Assembly: GCA_964016885.1 (NCBI GenBank)
Contig: OZ024747.1
Span: 28,892,001 to 28,956,000 of the forward strand
DNA from: Eledone cirrhosa
Lineage: Eukaryota
DNA length: 64,000 bases
Reading direction: 5' to 3'
The notes below the pieces were generated by a model that was not told where the DNA came from, did no database searches, and worked only from the letters and a program-made list of their open reading frames with translations. The translations under genes were made by a program, and so were the position numbers. How positions within the stretch are numbered: position 1 is the first letter of the stretch; each line of letters begins with the position of its first letter. Positions 14,254 through 31,503 of this stretch are shown piece after piece.

Positions 14254-14731
14254 TATATATATATATATATGTATATATATATAGAGAAAAATACTGCAGG
14301 TAGCACATGGATAACATGTAATAAAATGAGTCCCTCATCAGTGATTTGCCGACGATCATAGATATTTCATTGCATTAAAAATCATATACCTCACGTCGGT
14401 GCAATAATAACCAAAATAAGTTATTAGGACAATTGAAACGCGTAAAGCGAGTGAGACAGGAGAACAACAAAGAGTATAGCTAACCGTAGGGGAAAGAAAC
14501 AAGCTTCAAAATTATTCTGTTTAGCATAAGCTAGGTGAATATATGAGCGCTTTAGAAAAAAGACCTGACACGAACGATGGCCATGTGAGAAGAGAGAAAA
14601 ATAGCTTTCGTGGTGTACAGGATGAAATGAAGAGAGGAGAAACAGTGAGTGAGTGAAAGTGTGAGGAAGAGTTAACTGACATGACAGACGGGGCGAAAGA
14701 AGGTAGGAGAAACAGAGAGAATGGGGGAGCA

Positions 14732-14864
14732 GTATATGTATATATATATGTATATATATATATGCATATATATATATATGTATATATATATATGTATATA
14801 TATATATGTATATATATATATGTATATATATATATGTATATATATATATGTATATATATATATG

Positions 14865-14895
<31 letters not shown>

Positions 14896-14906
14896 GTATA
14901 TATATG

Positions 14907-14988
<82 letters not shown>

Positions 14989-15038
14989 TGTATATGTATG
15001 TATATATATGTATATATATATATGTATATATATATATG

Positions 15039-15105
<67 letters not shown>

Positions 15106-15440
15106 GTATATATATATATATGTATATATATATATGTATATATATATATGTATATATATATATATTTGTATATATATATATGTATATATATATATGTATA
15201 TATATATATATGTATATATATATATGTATATATATATATGTATATATATATATGTATATATATATATGTATATATATATATATGTATATGTATATATATA
15301 TATGTATATATATAAATGTATATATATATATGTATATATATATATATGTATAGATATATATATGTATAGATATATATGTATATATATATATATATGTATA
15401 GATATATATGTATATATATATATATGTATAGATATATATG

Positions 15441-15477
<37 letters not shown>

Positions 15478-15492
15478 GTATAGATATATATG

Positions 15493-15529
<37 letters not shown>

Positions 15530-15778
15530 GTATAGATATATATGTATATATATATATATATGTATAGATATATATGTATATATATATATATATGTATAGA
15601 TATATATGTATATATATATATATATGTATAGATATATATGTATATATATATATATATAGATATATATGTATATATATATATGTGTATATATATATATATG
15701 TAAATATATATATATGTATAGATATATATGTATAGATATATATGTATAGATATATATGTATATATATGTATATATATG

Positions 15779-15809
<31 letters not shown>

Positions 15810-15890
15810 GTATAGATATATATATGTATAGATATATATATGTATATATATATATATGTATAGATATATATATGTATAGATATATATATG

Positions 15891-15923
<33 letters not shown>

Positions 15924-16142
15924 GTATAGATATATATATGTATAGATATATATATGTATATATATATATATATATATGTATAGATATATATATGTATAGA
16001 TATATATGTATAGATATATATGTATAGATATATATATGTATAGATATATATATGTATAGATATATATATGTATAGATATATATGTATAGATATATATGTA
16101 TATATATATATGTGTGTGTATATATGTATATATATATATGTA
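14732..16142. repeat. (TA)n/TATG/TAGA satellite array
   Basis: Read directly from the sequence. Confidence 0.95.
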
Positions 16143-16377
16143 TTTTTTTTTTTTTTTTTTTTGATCCATTGACTTTCGTCAAATCGGACCGAGGAAACAA
16201 TGTTTCCGTTGGTCTTTCCAGTTGCTAGTACTATCTATCGGTCGCAACTCCAGGTAGAAGGAGCAACGTGAAATAAAGTGTCTGCTCAAGGACATAACAC
16301 ATTGCCCGGTCCAGGAATCGAACTCACAACCTCAAGATTGTGAATCCAATTCTCTAACCACTCAGCCACACGCCTTC

Positions 16378-16378
<1 letters not shown>
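16143..16378 (-). mobile_element. tRNA-derived SINE with poly(A) tail
   Basis: Minus-strand A box TGGCTGAGTGG, B box GAGTTCGATTCC, CCTTGAGCAGACACTT core, and a T20 run at 16143-16162. Confidence 0.75.
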
Positions 16379-16414
<36 letters not shown>

Positions 16415-16519
16415 ATATATCTGTATATATATATATATATGTGTGTGTATATATATATATGTGTGTACATATATATATATATATGTGTATATATATATAT
16501 GTGTGTACATATATATATA

Positions 16520-16558
<39 letters not shown>

Positions 16559-16597
16559 ATATATAGATATATATGTGTGTATATGTATATGTATATA

Positions 16598-16638
<41 letters not shown>

Positions 16639-16650
16639 ATATATAGATAT
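16379..16650. repeat. (TA)n/TGTG satellite array
   Basis: Read directly from the sequence. Confidence 0.95.
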
Positions 16651-18362
16651 ATCTATCTAAGGCGGGTAAAATTCCCGAGATCCATGGACGAGTTCTCTCC
16701 AGCGGTCTCTGTCCCTCATTATCGCTGCCATATCCTGCATCTCCAACAGACCAGTGTCTGTCCTTAGAGCATCAACATATGTTAACCTTGGTCTTCCTCT
16801 TCTAGTGTGTCCATGTAGGGGCTCCCAAAGGAGCACTGAGTGCAATGTCAACTCTGGATGTCGGTGAGCATGTCCAGCCAACCTCAGTCTCCTCTGTGTC
16901 ACTTTTGAGCTGACTTTTGGGATGCTCCCATACAGCTCTGAGTTTTTCATCCTCAGTGTATACTGATTAATGTTCAGAGCCATCCTCAGCATTCTCGTGT
17001 AGCACCCATCCACCATCTGAGTGAGTTTCTTGGTCAGTGTCCAAGTCTCAGACCCATACAGCAGCACAGACTCCACTACAGCAATGAAGAGGCGGATTTT
17101 CAGGTCTCTACGAAGGTTCGACTTCCACACCGATCTCAAGCTGTGGCACGCCGCCCAGGCCTTGCTCTTCCTCTCTACCACATCATCCTCCGTATTCCCA
17201 ATCTTTGCTCCCAAATACAGGAAGTCCTCAACCAATTCCAGCGGCTTCCCGCCTACATTAGTGATCCCCTCTGGCTTCTCAACATTCTCTACCAGATATT
17301 TTGTTTTAGTCTCATTCATTCTCAGCCCCACACTCATCGACACAGTCTCAACCTCCCTCATCAAATCCTCTGCCTCCTTCAATGTATTTGTCACCAAAAC
17401 TATGTCGTCGGCAAATTCAGCATCCGATACCTTTTTCGCCCCAACTCTCCTGCTCTGAGCCGGTGCTACAGTAAAGCCAGAGTCCTGGTGTTTCTCCAGT
17501 GCAAGGCGCATACAATAGTCCACTACGATGATAAAAAGGTAGGGAGCCAATGTATCTCCCTGGAGCACTCCAGCCAGTATCTCAAAGAACTCTGTCATCC
17601 CATCAGGTGTAATGACTTGGGTGTTGGTGTAGAGCAGTGATATCAGGTCCACTATCCTCTTGGGGATTCCATAAGCCTGTAAGATCTTCATCAGGCAGTA
17701 ACGGTCCACAGAATCAAAGGCCTTCCTAAAGTCAATGAAAACCATGACCGCAGGAAGGCACTTTGCTCTAGCTCCCTCTAATATCCTCCTCAGCATCAGG
17801 ATGTGACTGGAGGTTGATCTACCCTCTCTGAAGCCATTCTGGTTGTCCCTGAGCTTCTTCTCCATCTCAGGCTGGATCCTGTTAAGAATCATCCTGTTGA
17901 GGGTCTTTGCCACAAGTGACGTCAGTGAGATCCCCCGGTAGTTGTTGGTGTTAGAGAGATCTCCCTTCTTTGGCACTGGGAGGATGTTACTGATCCTTCA
18001 CTGATTCGGGGCAACTCCTTTCTCCAGTGCCCCGTTACAGAACCCCAGGATGATATCATCAAAATCACACCTCCTCATCACCTCTAATGCCACTCCATCT
18101 TCTCCATGAGCCTTGCCCTCCTTGATTTTCTTCTTGGCTCTCTGAAACTCCTCTCTGGTGAAGGGCTCTGTCTCAACATCCAGTTCCTCAAACAGCCGCC
18201 TGATCTCCCCAGTGCTCTGGGCTGTGGAGGGTGGCTCTCCTAGTAGGGTCCTAAAATGGTCTAGCAATTTCCTCTTCCTATCCTCGGGCCCCGTTCCCTG
18301 GATCTGACTCGAACACCTTTTCTTCCTCCCTGTGATCTCGTTGATGATCATCCAACTCTCCT
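16650..18362 (-). mobile_element. RTE-like LINE family D, 5'-truncated
   Basis: RT motifs [40 protein letters not shown]. One in-frame TGA at 17998. The stop codon runs into a TAGATAGA tail. Confidence 0.92.
16657..17976 (-). CDS. Reverse transcriptase of family D LINE (partial; frame continues to about 18360 across one stop)
   Basis: 439-aa ORF carrying non-LTR RT motifs. Confidence 0.85.
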   Translation of the reverse strand: MPKKGDLSNTNNYRGISLTSLVAKTLNRMILNRIQPEMEKKLRDNQNGFREGRSTSSHILMLRRILEGARAKCLPAVMVFIDFRKAFDSVDRYCLMKILQAYGIPKRIVDLISLLYTNTQVITPDGMTEFFEILAGVLQGDTLAPYLFIIVVDYCMRLALEKHQDSGFTVAPAQSRRVGAKKVSDAEFADDIVLVTNTLKEAEDLMREVETVSMSVGLRMNETKTKYLVENVEKPEGITNVGGKPLELVEDFLYLGAKIGNTEDDVVERKSKAWAACHSLRSVWKSNLRRDLKIRLFIAVVESVLLYGSETWTLTKKLTQMVDGCYTRMLRMALNINQYTLRMKNSELYGSIPKVSSKVTQRRLRLAGHAHRHPELTLHSVLLWEPLHGHTRRGRPRLTYVDALRTDTGLLEMQDMAAIMRDRDRWRELVHGSREFYPP

Positions 18363-18638
18363 TACATAGATATATATATGTGTGTATATATAGATATATA
18401 TATATGTGTGTATATATATATATGTATATATATATGTGTGTATATATATATATATGTGTGTATATATATATATATGTGTGTGTATATATATGTGTGTGTA
18501 TATATATATATATATGTGTGTATATATATATATGTGTGTATATATATGTATATGTGTATATATATATATATATATGTGTATATATATATATATATATGTG
18601 TATATATATATATATATGTATATGTATATATATATATG

Positions 18639-18694
<56 letters not shown>

Positions 18695-19003
18695 TATGTA
18701 TATGTATATATATATATATGTATGTATATGTATATATATATATGTATATATATATATGTATATATATATACGTATATATATATATGTATATATATATATG
18801 TATATATATATATGTATATGTATATATATATGTATGTATATGTATATATATATATGTATATGTATATGTATATGTATATATATATGTATATATATATATG
18901 TATATATATATATGTATGTATATGTATATATGTATATGTATATATGTATATGTATATGTATATATGTATATGTATATATATGTATATGTATATATATATA
19001 TAT
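18363..19003. repeat. (TA)n/TATG satellite array
   Basis: Read directly from the sequence. Confidence 0.95.
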
Positions 19004-19294
19004 TGTTATACTTTGGGAGGGTCATGTTGCCAATAAGAAACACACGCACCAGTTGCTTTCAATTCAATTTATTATAATAAATTTATAAATTTATAAATTT
19101 CCGGTTGGTTGGTTGGTTCCACAACCAGATAGTTGTTTATATATTGTCATAGTTCTTTCGTCACACACTCTGTGACCTCTTCAGTGACTGGGGATTCCTT
19201 TCTTTGTTTCTGTGCCTCTCCTTTGTTCTATCCTACGCCATTTTGTTTCTTCACACAGAAACAAAATGGCGTAGGACAGAACAAAGGAGAGGCA
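19004..19294 (-). mobile_element. Penelope-like terminal repeat (pLTR) fragment with inverted 5' end
   Basis: Reverse complement of 36133-36273 plus 38242-38335, which follows a GIY-YIG ORF; contains a hammerhead motif. Confidence 0.85.
19146..19188 (-). ncRNA. Minimal type I hammerhead ribozyme motif
   Basis: GUCA-CUGAAGA-G-GUCACA(GAGUG)UGUGAC-GAAA-GAAC-UA-UGAC. Confidence 0.7.
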
Positions 19295-19302
19295 TATATA
19301 TG

Positions 19303-19335
<33 letters not shown>

Positions 19336-19464
19336 GTATATATGTATATATATGTATATATATGTATGTATATATATGTATATATATGTATATATATGTA
19401 TGTATATATGTATGTATATATGTATATATATGTATATATATATATGTATATATATGTATATATG

Positions 19465-19501
<37 letters not shown>

Positions 19502-19516
19502 GTATATATATATATG

Positions 19517-19563
<47 letters not shown>

Positions 19564-19578
19564 GTATATATATATATG

Positions 19579-19669
<91 letters not shown>

Positions 19670-19968
19670 GTATATATATATATGTATATATATGTATATA
19701 TATATATGTATATATATATATATGTGTATATATATATGTGTATATATATATATGTGTGTATATATATATATGTGTATATATATATATATATATGTGTATA
19801 TATATATATATGTATATATATATATGTATATATATATATATGTGTATATATATATATATATATATACTTATATGTATATATATATGTGTATATATATATA
19901 TGTATATGTATATATATGTATATGTATATATATATGTATATATATGTATATGTATATATATGTATATG

Positions 19969-20061
<93 letters not shown>

Positions 20062-20136
20062 GGTTATATGTATATGGATATATGTATATGTATATATATA
20101 TATATGGATATATGTATATGTATAGATATGTATATG

Positions 20137-20175
<39 letters not shown>

Positions 20176-20231
20176 GGATATATGTATATGTATAGATATA
20201 TATATGTATATATGTATATATATATATATAT
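19295..20231. repeat. (TA)n/TATG satellite array
   Basis: Read directly from the sequence. Confidence 0.95.
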
Positions 20232-20317
20232 AACTTTGAATAACTTTGAAATGTTTTGGCCAGTATTGGCCCAGGCCATGTCTAACTTAATAGCACCACC
20301 TGGCGAAGTCTTTCAAT

Positions 20318-23300
20318 TCAGGATTTGGGCATATTGGCCCATTCGAGAAGAGAATTACTGTTTGCGGAGACATATCCGGGTGTGGGTGGTTTGTCCGGGA
20401 TTACTTGGAGGAATTTGTCCAAAGACTTCTTGAATTTTGTGTGGTCAGTTTCTGTTTTGACGTGTCCTGGTGTGATGTTGAAGAGAGCAGGGCCGATTGA
20501 GGTGAAATAATTGTGCCGTATTGTTGTTATGAGTTGCGATTTAGATTTTTGAATGGGACGGATAGCACGGGGCCCAAGCCTTGGGTGTATCTTGAAGGCG
20601 ATGCCAACATCATTTGGGCAGTGATGATGGAACATTTTCCACATCATGCAGATAATATAACGCTCACGGAGTGAGTAAAGTTTCAGGTTTTCTAATCGAC
20701 CCCAGTAGTCAAGGTCTGACATGCCATCTATCTTTTTCGTGATTGCCCTTTGAGGAGCTTCAAGTTTCATGATACTTTGTTTCGTGTGGGGAGACCACAG
20801 TGGACAACAGTATTCAAGGTGTAGTCGGGCGAAAGTAGAGAAGAGAAGGATAATGGTGCGGGAATCTCTCGACTGGAAGGTTCTGAGGATCCAGGAACAC
20901 ATTCTGCGGGCCATGTCAACTTTGCTGCTTATATGCGTGGTCCAGCTTATGTTGCTGTCCACGGTTACTCCCAAGTCTCTGATGTTGTTAGATGCCACGA
21001 GAGTTTCCCCGGAGGGAAGGGAGTACGGGAGTTTCAGAGCATCCTCTTTTTCAAAGTGGATCAGTTCGAATTTGTCTTCGTTCAGTAACATGTTGTTCTT
21101 TTCTGCCCATTGAGTAACAGCCAGTAGGTCTGACTGAAGGCTTATCCGGTCATCCACGCCATTGATGACCTTTTGGAGCTTGGAATCATCAGCGAAAATT
21201 TTAATGTTGCTGTGTTTGATGATGTCAGTGATGTCATTAATATAGATGATGAAGAGAAGTGGGCCCAACACAGTGCCTTGTGGGACCCCACTACTGACTT
21301 TGGCTGGGCTTGATTTGACTCCCTCAACTACATGTTGGGTTCTGTTTGACAGGAAGCTCTTGATCCACTGCAGCAGCTTTCCAGTGACACCAATATTGGA
21401 CAGCTTTCTCAGTAGAATGTTATGATCAACCCTGTCAAAGGCCTTGCTGAAATCAAGGTAGATAACATCAGTGTTGGAACCCTCTCCCAAGGCTCTCAAA
21501 ATGTCATCAAAGTGATGCAGTAGCTGCGTCAGGCAATCCCTTCCATTACGGAATCCATGCTGGTTGGAGTTCAGCATATTGTTACTCTCAAGGAAGTGGG
21601 TCATTCGCGATCTCACCACTCGCTCAAATACCTTAATGATATGAGAGGTGAGTGAGATTGGACGGTAATTCACGGCAAGGGATTTGTTTCCCTTTTTGAG
21701 AACTGGGACAACAGACTGGGATAGAAGGTTTTCTGGCACATATCCAGCATCCAGTGAGTTCCGCCACAGATTGGCAAGAGGAGATGCAAGTTGGTGTTGA
21801 CACGCCTTCAAGACACAAGCAGGGAACCTATCGGGACCTACTGCTGAATTATGCTTGATTTCTTTTATTGCCGCCAAGACATCAGGGGCGCCAAACGTTA
21901 TGTCCGATAAGGTGTAATGGGGAGTAACATCGCCGATACAGCCCAGATCGGCCATATCAGGATTGCTGAAAACAGAGCAGTATTGTTTCTGCAGTATCTC
22001 ACCCATGGTTTTAGCATTGTCTTGAAGAGTGCCATTTTCATCAATTAGAGGGCCAACAGTAGAGCCAGTGATTTTGTGTTTTTTTGCAAATGAAAAGAAC
22101 ACTTTGGGATTGAGTTTGATCTTCTTAATGGCCCAGGCCTCTTCAGCTCTTCTCTGATTGTTGATAAGGGACATTATGTTGTTTTGGAGGTTATGTTTTT
22201 TAATCTCTAGTGATGAAATGGCAGTCAAGTTGATGTGTTGCTGCTGACAGTATTTCAGCTTGTTGATTTTTTTGTTCGTTCTCTTAATTTTTCTGATGAG
22301 CGTTTTTCTATTTCTAGGGATTCTGCTCTTAGATTTGTTTATAGTTCTTAATGGGGTGTGTTTAGCACATATGTTTGTAACAGTGTCCACAAATGTCTGC
22401 CAGGACTTTTTGATGTTAGTGGGTGTATGAGTGTGCGTGAAGGACCAGTCGACATGTGCAAGATCATGACTGATCGCTTCCCAGTTTGCATTGTGGAAAT
22501 CCATAGCGTCAAACGGATGGACAGGAGAGATGACATTGGGTTTGTATATTGGACGGTGGAATCTCAGATCACAGAGAACCATGTCATGATCAGAGAGTAG
22601 AGTTTTCTCCACTGCAATATTGTGGATATTGTCAGTGTGATTGCTGAAAATTAAGTCTAGGACGTTTTTGTGGCACCTCGTTGGTTCGAGCACCAGTTGG
22701 GATAGGAAGAAATCATCCATGAAGTCAAGAAGCGATTCCACAGCTTCCCTGTCAGAGGTTGAGGCAGAAGAACCTGGTGGCAGGCTGTTTGTGGACCAGT
22801 CAACTCCGGGGAGGTTGAAGTCCCCCATCATTAAGATGTTGTCAGGGTGACACTCTTGGATGAAACACTTTATGCTGTTGAGGCATTCCTTGAAGCATGG
22901 TACAGGCGTTTGGGGTGGCCTATAGAGCCCAACTACTAATAGGTTGTTGGTTTGACTGAATACAGTGACTGCTTCACAGTATCCATTAGTGAATATGTTC
23001 ATAGCCTCTGTTGAGAAAGAATTATGGACATAAATGGCAGTTTCGCCCTTTCTTCTGCCAGCGCGATCAGCACGGATGGCTTTGAAATTTTTCACTTTCA
23101 CCTCGGCTTCCAAGTGGAGGTTACTGAGATGGGTTTCAGTGAGGACGAAGAAAGGGATGTGGTTTGGATGGACATCAATCCAGTCCTCCAGGAATTTGAT
23201 CTTCCATTTTTGAGTATTGGTGGAAGGGCTGATGCCTTGGGCGTTAAGCAAAAATGTAGAGGCGAGAGTGGATGGTTTTAATTGTTTTGGTGTGTTATTA

Positions 23301-23326
23301 ATTTGTTTGTTTATTAATGGCAGCAA
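20318..23326 (-). CDS. ORF2: apurinic endonuclease plus reverse transcriptase
   Basis: LTETHL, YRPP, MGDFNLP, LDLIF, SDH (APE); [37 protein letters not shown] (RT). 1002 codons without a stop. Confidence 0.93.
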   Translation of the reverse strand: MLPLINKQINNTPKQLKPSTLASTFLLNAQGISPSTNTQKWKIKFLEDWIDVHPNHIPFFVLTETHLSNLHLEAEVKVKNFKAIRADRAGRRKGETAIYVHNSFSTEAMNIFTNGYCEAVTVFSQTNNLLVVGLYRPPQTPVPCFKECLNSIKCFIQECHPDNILMMGDFNLPGVDWSTNSLPPGSSASTSDREAVESLLDFMDDFFLSQLVLEPTRCHKNVLDLIFSNHTDNIHNIAVEKTLLSDHDMVLCDLRFHRPIYKPNVISPVHPFDAMDFHNANWEAISHDLAHVDWSFTHTHTPTNIKKSWQTFVDTVTNICAKHTPLRTINKSKSRIPRNRKTLIRKIKRTNKKINKLKYCQQQHINLTAISSLEIKKHNLQNNIMSLINNQRRAEEAWAIKKIKLNPKVFFSFAKKHKITGSTVGPLIDENGTLQDNAKTMGEILQKQYCSVFSNPDMADLGCIGDVTPHYTLSDITFGAPDVLAAIKEIKHNSAVGPDRFPACVLKACQHQLASPLANLWRNSLDAGYVPENLLSQSVVPVLKKGNKSLAVNYRPISLTSHIIKVFERVVRSRMTHFLESNNMLNSNQHGFRNGRDCLTQLLHHFDDILRALGEGSNTDVIYLDFSKAFDRVDHNILLRKLSNIGVTGKLLQWIKSFLSNRTQHVVEGVKSSPAKVSSGVPQGTVLGPLLFIIYINDITDIIKHSNIKIFADDSKLQKVINGVDDRISLQSDLLAVTQWAEKNNMLLNEDKFELIHFEKEDALKLPYSLPSGETLVASNNIRDLGVTVDSNISWTTHISSKVDMARRMCSWILRTFQSRDSRTIILLFSTFARLHLEYCCPLWSPHTKQSIMKLEAPQRAITKKIDGMSDLDYWGRLENLKLYSLRERYIICMMWKMFHHHCPNDVGIAFKIHPRLGPRAIRPIQKSKSQLITTIRHNYFTSIGPALFNITPGHVKTETDHTKFKKSLDKFLQVIPDKPPTPGYVSANSNSLLEWANMPKS

Positions 23327-24087
23327 TGGGAGTTTGTGCAGTGGGGTGATAGTGGAGGGTGGTGCTGGGTGATAGCTCGAATGTTTTTTTCCAGTTCTTT
23401 TGCCAGATTCATTATGGCTAAAAAAGAGGAAGAAGTTTCCTGTTTAGAAGACTGTTGGTGACTGTGGTAGTGGTTATTTTTATGTAGGTTATGGTTTTTG
23501 TTTTTGCTTTTATTTTTAATTTTATTTTCATTTTCATTTGTCCGACGGGTCCCCGGGAGATGGGTAAAGGGACAATCCCGGTCTAAACACAATCTGTCTC
23601 GCAGGGAAAAACGGCAGATTTGTGGATTCCTTGTTTGAGTTATTGGTGGTTGTGTTGGTGTTAAATTAGAGTATGTATTATGGTGGTGGCTGTTTGTGGG
23701 GATAGATCGTTTTGTCCTAGGTAAATGGGTGAATTTGCAGCCACTATCCGTACATATTCTATAGCGTAGAGAGTAGCGGCAAATGATGGGGTTTCGAGTG
23801 GGTGGGTATGTGGGTGTGTGTGTTGTGAGAGGTGTAGATGATGGTTTGGGTAGGATTTGACAACCTTTGTGGACTGTGGGAGGGAGAGTTCTTGTTCTGG
23901 TATTAGAAGGTAAATTCCTTGACATAGCAGTAGACAAAAATGTTGTAGTAGTAGTAGTAGTAGTAGTAGGCAGAGATGTTGGCAGTGGTGATGATTGGAC
24001 TGCTGGGCCAGAGAAAGGATGTGGTGTTTCATGCTGTGAGACAGAGGCTACTGGGGGGTCAGTAGTTTCATTTAGTAGATCGGCCAT
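23314..24087 (-). CDS. ORF1 with two CCCH zinc-finger-like motifs
   Basis: ATG at 24087 (MADLLNE); [19 protein letters not shown] and [19 protein letters not shown]. Confidence 0.75.
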   Translation of the reverse strand: MADLLNETTDPPVASVSQHETPHPFSGPAVQSSPLPTSLPTTTTTTTTTFLSTAMSRNLPSNTRTRTLPPTVHKGCQILPKPSSTPLTTHTPTYPPTRNPIICRYSLRYRICTDSGCKFTHLPRTKRSIPTNSHHHNTYSNLTPTQPPITQTRNPQICRFSLRDRLCLDRDCPFTHLPGTRRTNENENKIKNKSKNKNHNLHKNNHYHSHQQSSKQETSSSFLAIMNLAKELEKNIRAITQHHPPLSPHCTNSHCCH

Positions 24088-24113
24088 TGTTGATGAATCA
24101 AGGAGTGGTTCAC

Positions 24114-24216
24114 ACTGTTGTTGTCGTTGTTGTTGTTGTTGCTGTTGTTGATGTTGTTGTTGTAGCTGTTGTTGTTGTTGCTGTTGTAGCTGCTGTTGTT
24201 GTTGTTGCTGCTGCTG
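24114..24216 (-). repeat. (CAA/CAG)n tract in the LINE 5' region
   Basis: Read directly; in frame with ORF1 as poly-Q but upstream of the ATG. Confidence 0.85.
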
Positions 24217-24268
24217 GACAGCATTCGAAGAGAAAACACACCTTAGTTTATCCAAATGTTTATTGATT

Positions 24269-27412
<3,144 letters not shown>

Positions 27413-27413
<1 letters not shown>

Positions 27414-30077
27414 CATCATCATCATCATCATCAGGTTTAGCGTCCGTGTTCCACGCTTGCATGGGTTTGGACGGGGGTTTTCCCACTTGAGGCAAGAGTG
27501 GTTGTCTTGCTAGCATAGGACTGTCTGGCGGGTTTTCTACAGTTGGATGCCCTTCCTAACACCAACCACATTTACCGTGTGGGGGCTGGGAGGTTTTTAC
27601 CGTGTTGCCTACACGGCCACATTACAGCGTGGACTGTCTGGCGGGTTTTCTACAGCTGGATGCCCTTCCTAACACCAACCACATTTACAGTGTGGGGCTG
27701 GGAGGTTTTTACCGTGTTGCCTACACGGCCACATTTACAGCGTGGACCGTGTGTTTTTTTGTCGTGACACCTACACGATCTCATTTGTTTCGGCCTGGAT
27801 GTTGTGGGACCAACATAACTGTATATTGAAAGGGGGTGTGGTGTGGAGGTGGTGGGACGGGGGGGGGGGGGGGGCGTTTTGATAGAGATGCCTACTGACT
27901 GTAGTAGGTTTTTACTTTGTATTTAGGTAAGGCGGGTCTTCTCTATTACTGAGTACCGCCAAAGGTCTCGGTCCAGTGGCATTGTCCTGGAGAGGTGTAA
28001 GCGTGTGAGGTCGGAATTTATCAGCTCGTCCCATGTTTTTCTGGGTCTGCCTACTCCGTGGCTACCGTCTATCTTTATTGCCCTGCACTTTGTTATACAG
28101 CTGTCGTCCTTCATGCGCATCACGTGACCGTACCAACGTAGCCCTCTCTCGAGTAAACAACATCTGATCCCTCTTATTTCTAATTCTTTCCTTAGTTCGT
28201 TTATGCTTTGCCGTTCACGTATATTACTATTGCACATCCAGCAGAGCATGCAAGCTTCGTTCCTCTCTAGTCTGCGTATATCCTCTGCACACAATGCCCA
28301 GGTCTCACTGCTATGCAGCATTGCTGTTCGTATGCAGGCATCGTATAACCTGCCTTTCATTTTTAGGGAGAACCCTCTAGCGGCTAATAGTGGTATAAGC
28401 TCTCTGAACTTTTTCCATCCAGTTCTGACTCTAGCTACTGTACTTTCAGAGTACCCTCCCCCACTGCTGATTTTGTCACCCAGGTAACGGAAGCTGTCCA
28501 CTATTTCTATAGAACCCTCTGCGCAGTTGAAGGAGCTAGTATTTTGTGGGCACTTGCTGCTACTTATTGCACCAGAGCACCGGCCACATGTAAAATCTAA
28601 GTTCTTAGTTAGCTTACCTGTGATCCCACTACATCTTTTATGCACCCATACTTTGCATTTGGGACATAAAATGGAGTTTCAACCTACGCCTTTCCTACAC
28701 ACTGAGCATGGCCATTTCCCAGATGGGACTGCCGCCTTATTTTCTTTCCTACAAACTAGAACTTTAGTCTTAGCCAGGTTAATTTTAAGGCCTTTTGATT
28801 CTAGGCCGTGCTTCCATGTTTGGAATTTCTTCTCTAGTTCGGTCATTGATTCAGCTATGAGCGTTAGATCATCTGCGTATAGGAGTTCCCATGGGCAGCC
28901 GGTCTTGAACTCCTCTGTTATAGCCTGAAGGGCAATAATAAATAGTAGGGGGCTAAGAACAGAGCCCTGATGGACACCAACTTTTACGCTAAACTCTTCA
29001 CTATATTCGTTGTTAATTCTAACCTTACTGACTGTTTCTTTATACATGGCTTGTATAGCTCTCACAAGCCATTCGTCAACACCTAGTTTTCTAAGAGACC
29101 ACCAGATAATGGAACGGGGGACTCTGTCGAAGGCTTTCTCCAAGTCGACGAAAGCTAAGTATAGGGGTTTACTTTTAGCTAGGTACTTCTCCTGTAGTTG
29201 TCGTACAATGAAAAGAGCGTCTGTGGTACTTTTGCCTGACACAAATCCGAACTGCATTTCATCTAGATCAATTCTCTCTCTGATTAGTTGCGCTATTACT
29301 TTTTCCGTGACCTTCATGACCTGGTCGATTAATTTAATGCCTCTATAGTTACTCCTATCTAGGGCATCTCCTTTTCCCTTATAGCAGTTAACGATGATGC
29401 TGCTACGCCAGTCCTTCGGAACAACCCCATTCTGTACGACTTGGTTAACTATCCGGGTGACCATGGTGTGTCCCACCGAACCAGATGCCTTCAGCATCTC
29501 AGCAACTATTTCCGAAGGACCAGCCGCCTTACCCGTCTTCATATCTTTGATTGCCTTGCTTATTGTACTACCCTGGACTAACACTGCTGGTCCCTCTATT
29601 GGGTCGATGTGGGGGAGACTGTCTTTCTCCCATTTGTTCTCCTCATTTAGAAGCCTTTCGTAGTTACACTTCCAAACTACCTTCTTATCAGCGTCGGTGA
29701 TGGCAAGTATGCCATCATCGTTAAGTACACACTTCTCCCCGACAATATCACGGTTTTCCTTGACACATTGCCTGGCAATCCTGAACACCTCACGTTTTTG
29801 GTCCTCACGTTGTAGAATATGCTTGAACTTTCTTTCCTCTGCATCCCTTCTTGCGAAGTACACTTGTCTCCTAGCTTCCCTCCTGGCTACCTGATAGTCT
29901 CCTCTACTTCCCCCATCCCGCCATGCTTTCCAAGCCTGCTTATTGGCCTTAATTGACTCCTCCACCTTACTGTTCCACCACCATGTTACTCTCCTCCTAC
30001 CTACAGGCCTGCTCCAGCCACAGACTTCGTCTGCCGCCGTCAGCAGGTTTGCTCTCAGGAATTCCCACTGTTCCTCT
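27413..30077 (-). mobile_element. RTE LINE family A, 5'-truncated
   Basis: RT motifs [37 protein letters not shown]; frameshift near 28680; stop at 27923; long 3' UTR; (GAT)n tail. Confidence 0.93.
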
Positions 30078-30095
30078 ATATATATGTATATATAG

Positions 30096-30141
<46 letters not shown>

Positions 30142-30162
30142 GTATATATAGATATATATATG

Positions 30163-30195
<33 letters not shown>

Positions 30196-30388
30196 GTATG
30201 TATATATGTATATATATATATGTATATATATATGTATGTATATATGTATATATATATATGTATATATATATATATGTATGTATATATGTATATATATATA
30301 TGTATATGTATATATATATGTATATATATATATGTATATATATGTATATATATATATGTATATATATGTATATATATGTATATATATG

Positions 30389-30439
<51 letters not shown>

Positions 30440-30534
30440 GTATATGTATATATATATGTATATATATGTATATATATGTATATATATGTATATATATATA
30501 TATATATGTATATATATGTATATATATATATATG

Positions 30535-30597
<63 letters not shown>

Positions 30598-30696
30598 GTA
30601 TATATATATGTATATATATATGTATATGTATATATATATGTATATGTATATATATGTATATATATATATATGTATGTATATATATATATATGTATG

Positions 30697-30757
<61 letters not shown>

Positions 30758-30768
30758 GTATATATATG

Positions 30769-30799
<31 letters not shown>

Positions 30800-30946
30800 G
30801 TATATATATGTATGTATATGTATATATATATATGTATATATATGTATATATATATATGTATATATATGTATATATATATATATGTATATATATGTATATA
30901 TATATATATGTATATATATGTATATATATATATATGTATATATATG

Positions 30947-31020
<74 letters not shown>

Positions 31021-31033
31021 TGTATGTATATAT

Positions 31034-31086
<53 letters not shown>

Positions 31087-31098
31087 TGTATGTATATG

Positions 31099-31145
<47 letters not shown>

Positions 31146-31158
31146 GTATATATATATG

Positions 31159-31189
<31 letters not shown>

Positions 31190-31352
31190 GTATATATATA
31201 TGTATATATATATATATGTATATATATATGTATATATATATATATGTATATATATATGTATATATATATATATGTATATATATATGTATATATATGTATA
31301 TATATGTATATATATATGTATATATATATGTATATATATATGTATATATATG

Positions 31353-31385
<33 letters not shown>

Positions 31386-31451
31386 GTATATATATATGTA
31401 TATATATATGTATATATATATGTATATATGTATATATATATATATGTATAT

Positions 31452-31503
<52 letters not shown>

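Larger units (their letters stand above)
20231..24268 (-). mobile_element. Apparently full-length CR1/L2-group LINE
   Basis: ORF1 plus APE-RT ORF2; short 3' UTR ending in a (TTCAAAGTTA)2 tandem tail; TA arrays on both sides. Confidence 0.92.

Noticed and set aside
14325-14460. Hammerhead (CTGATGA on minus; GAAACGCGTA on plus)
   Set aside because: The two half-motifs are on opposite strands and neither has a properly placed partner.
17021-17640. Plus-strand ORFs over LINE D, and similar antisense ORFs over families A-C
   Set aside because: Shadow frames of RT coding sequence with no independent motifs.
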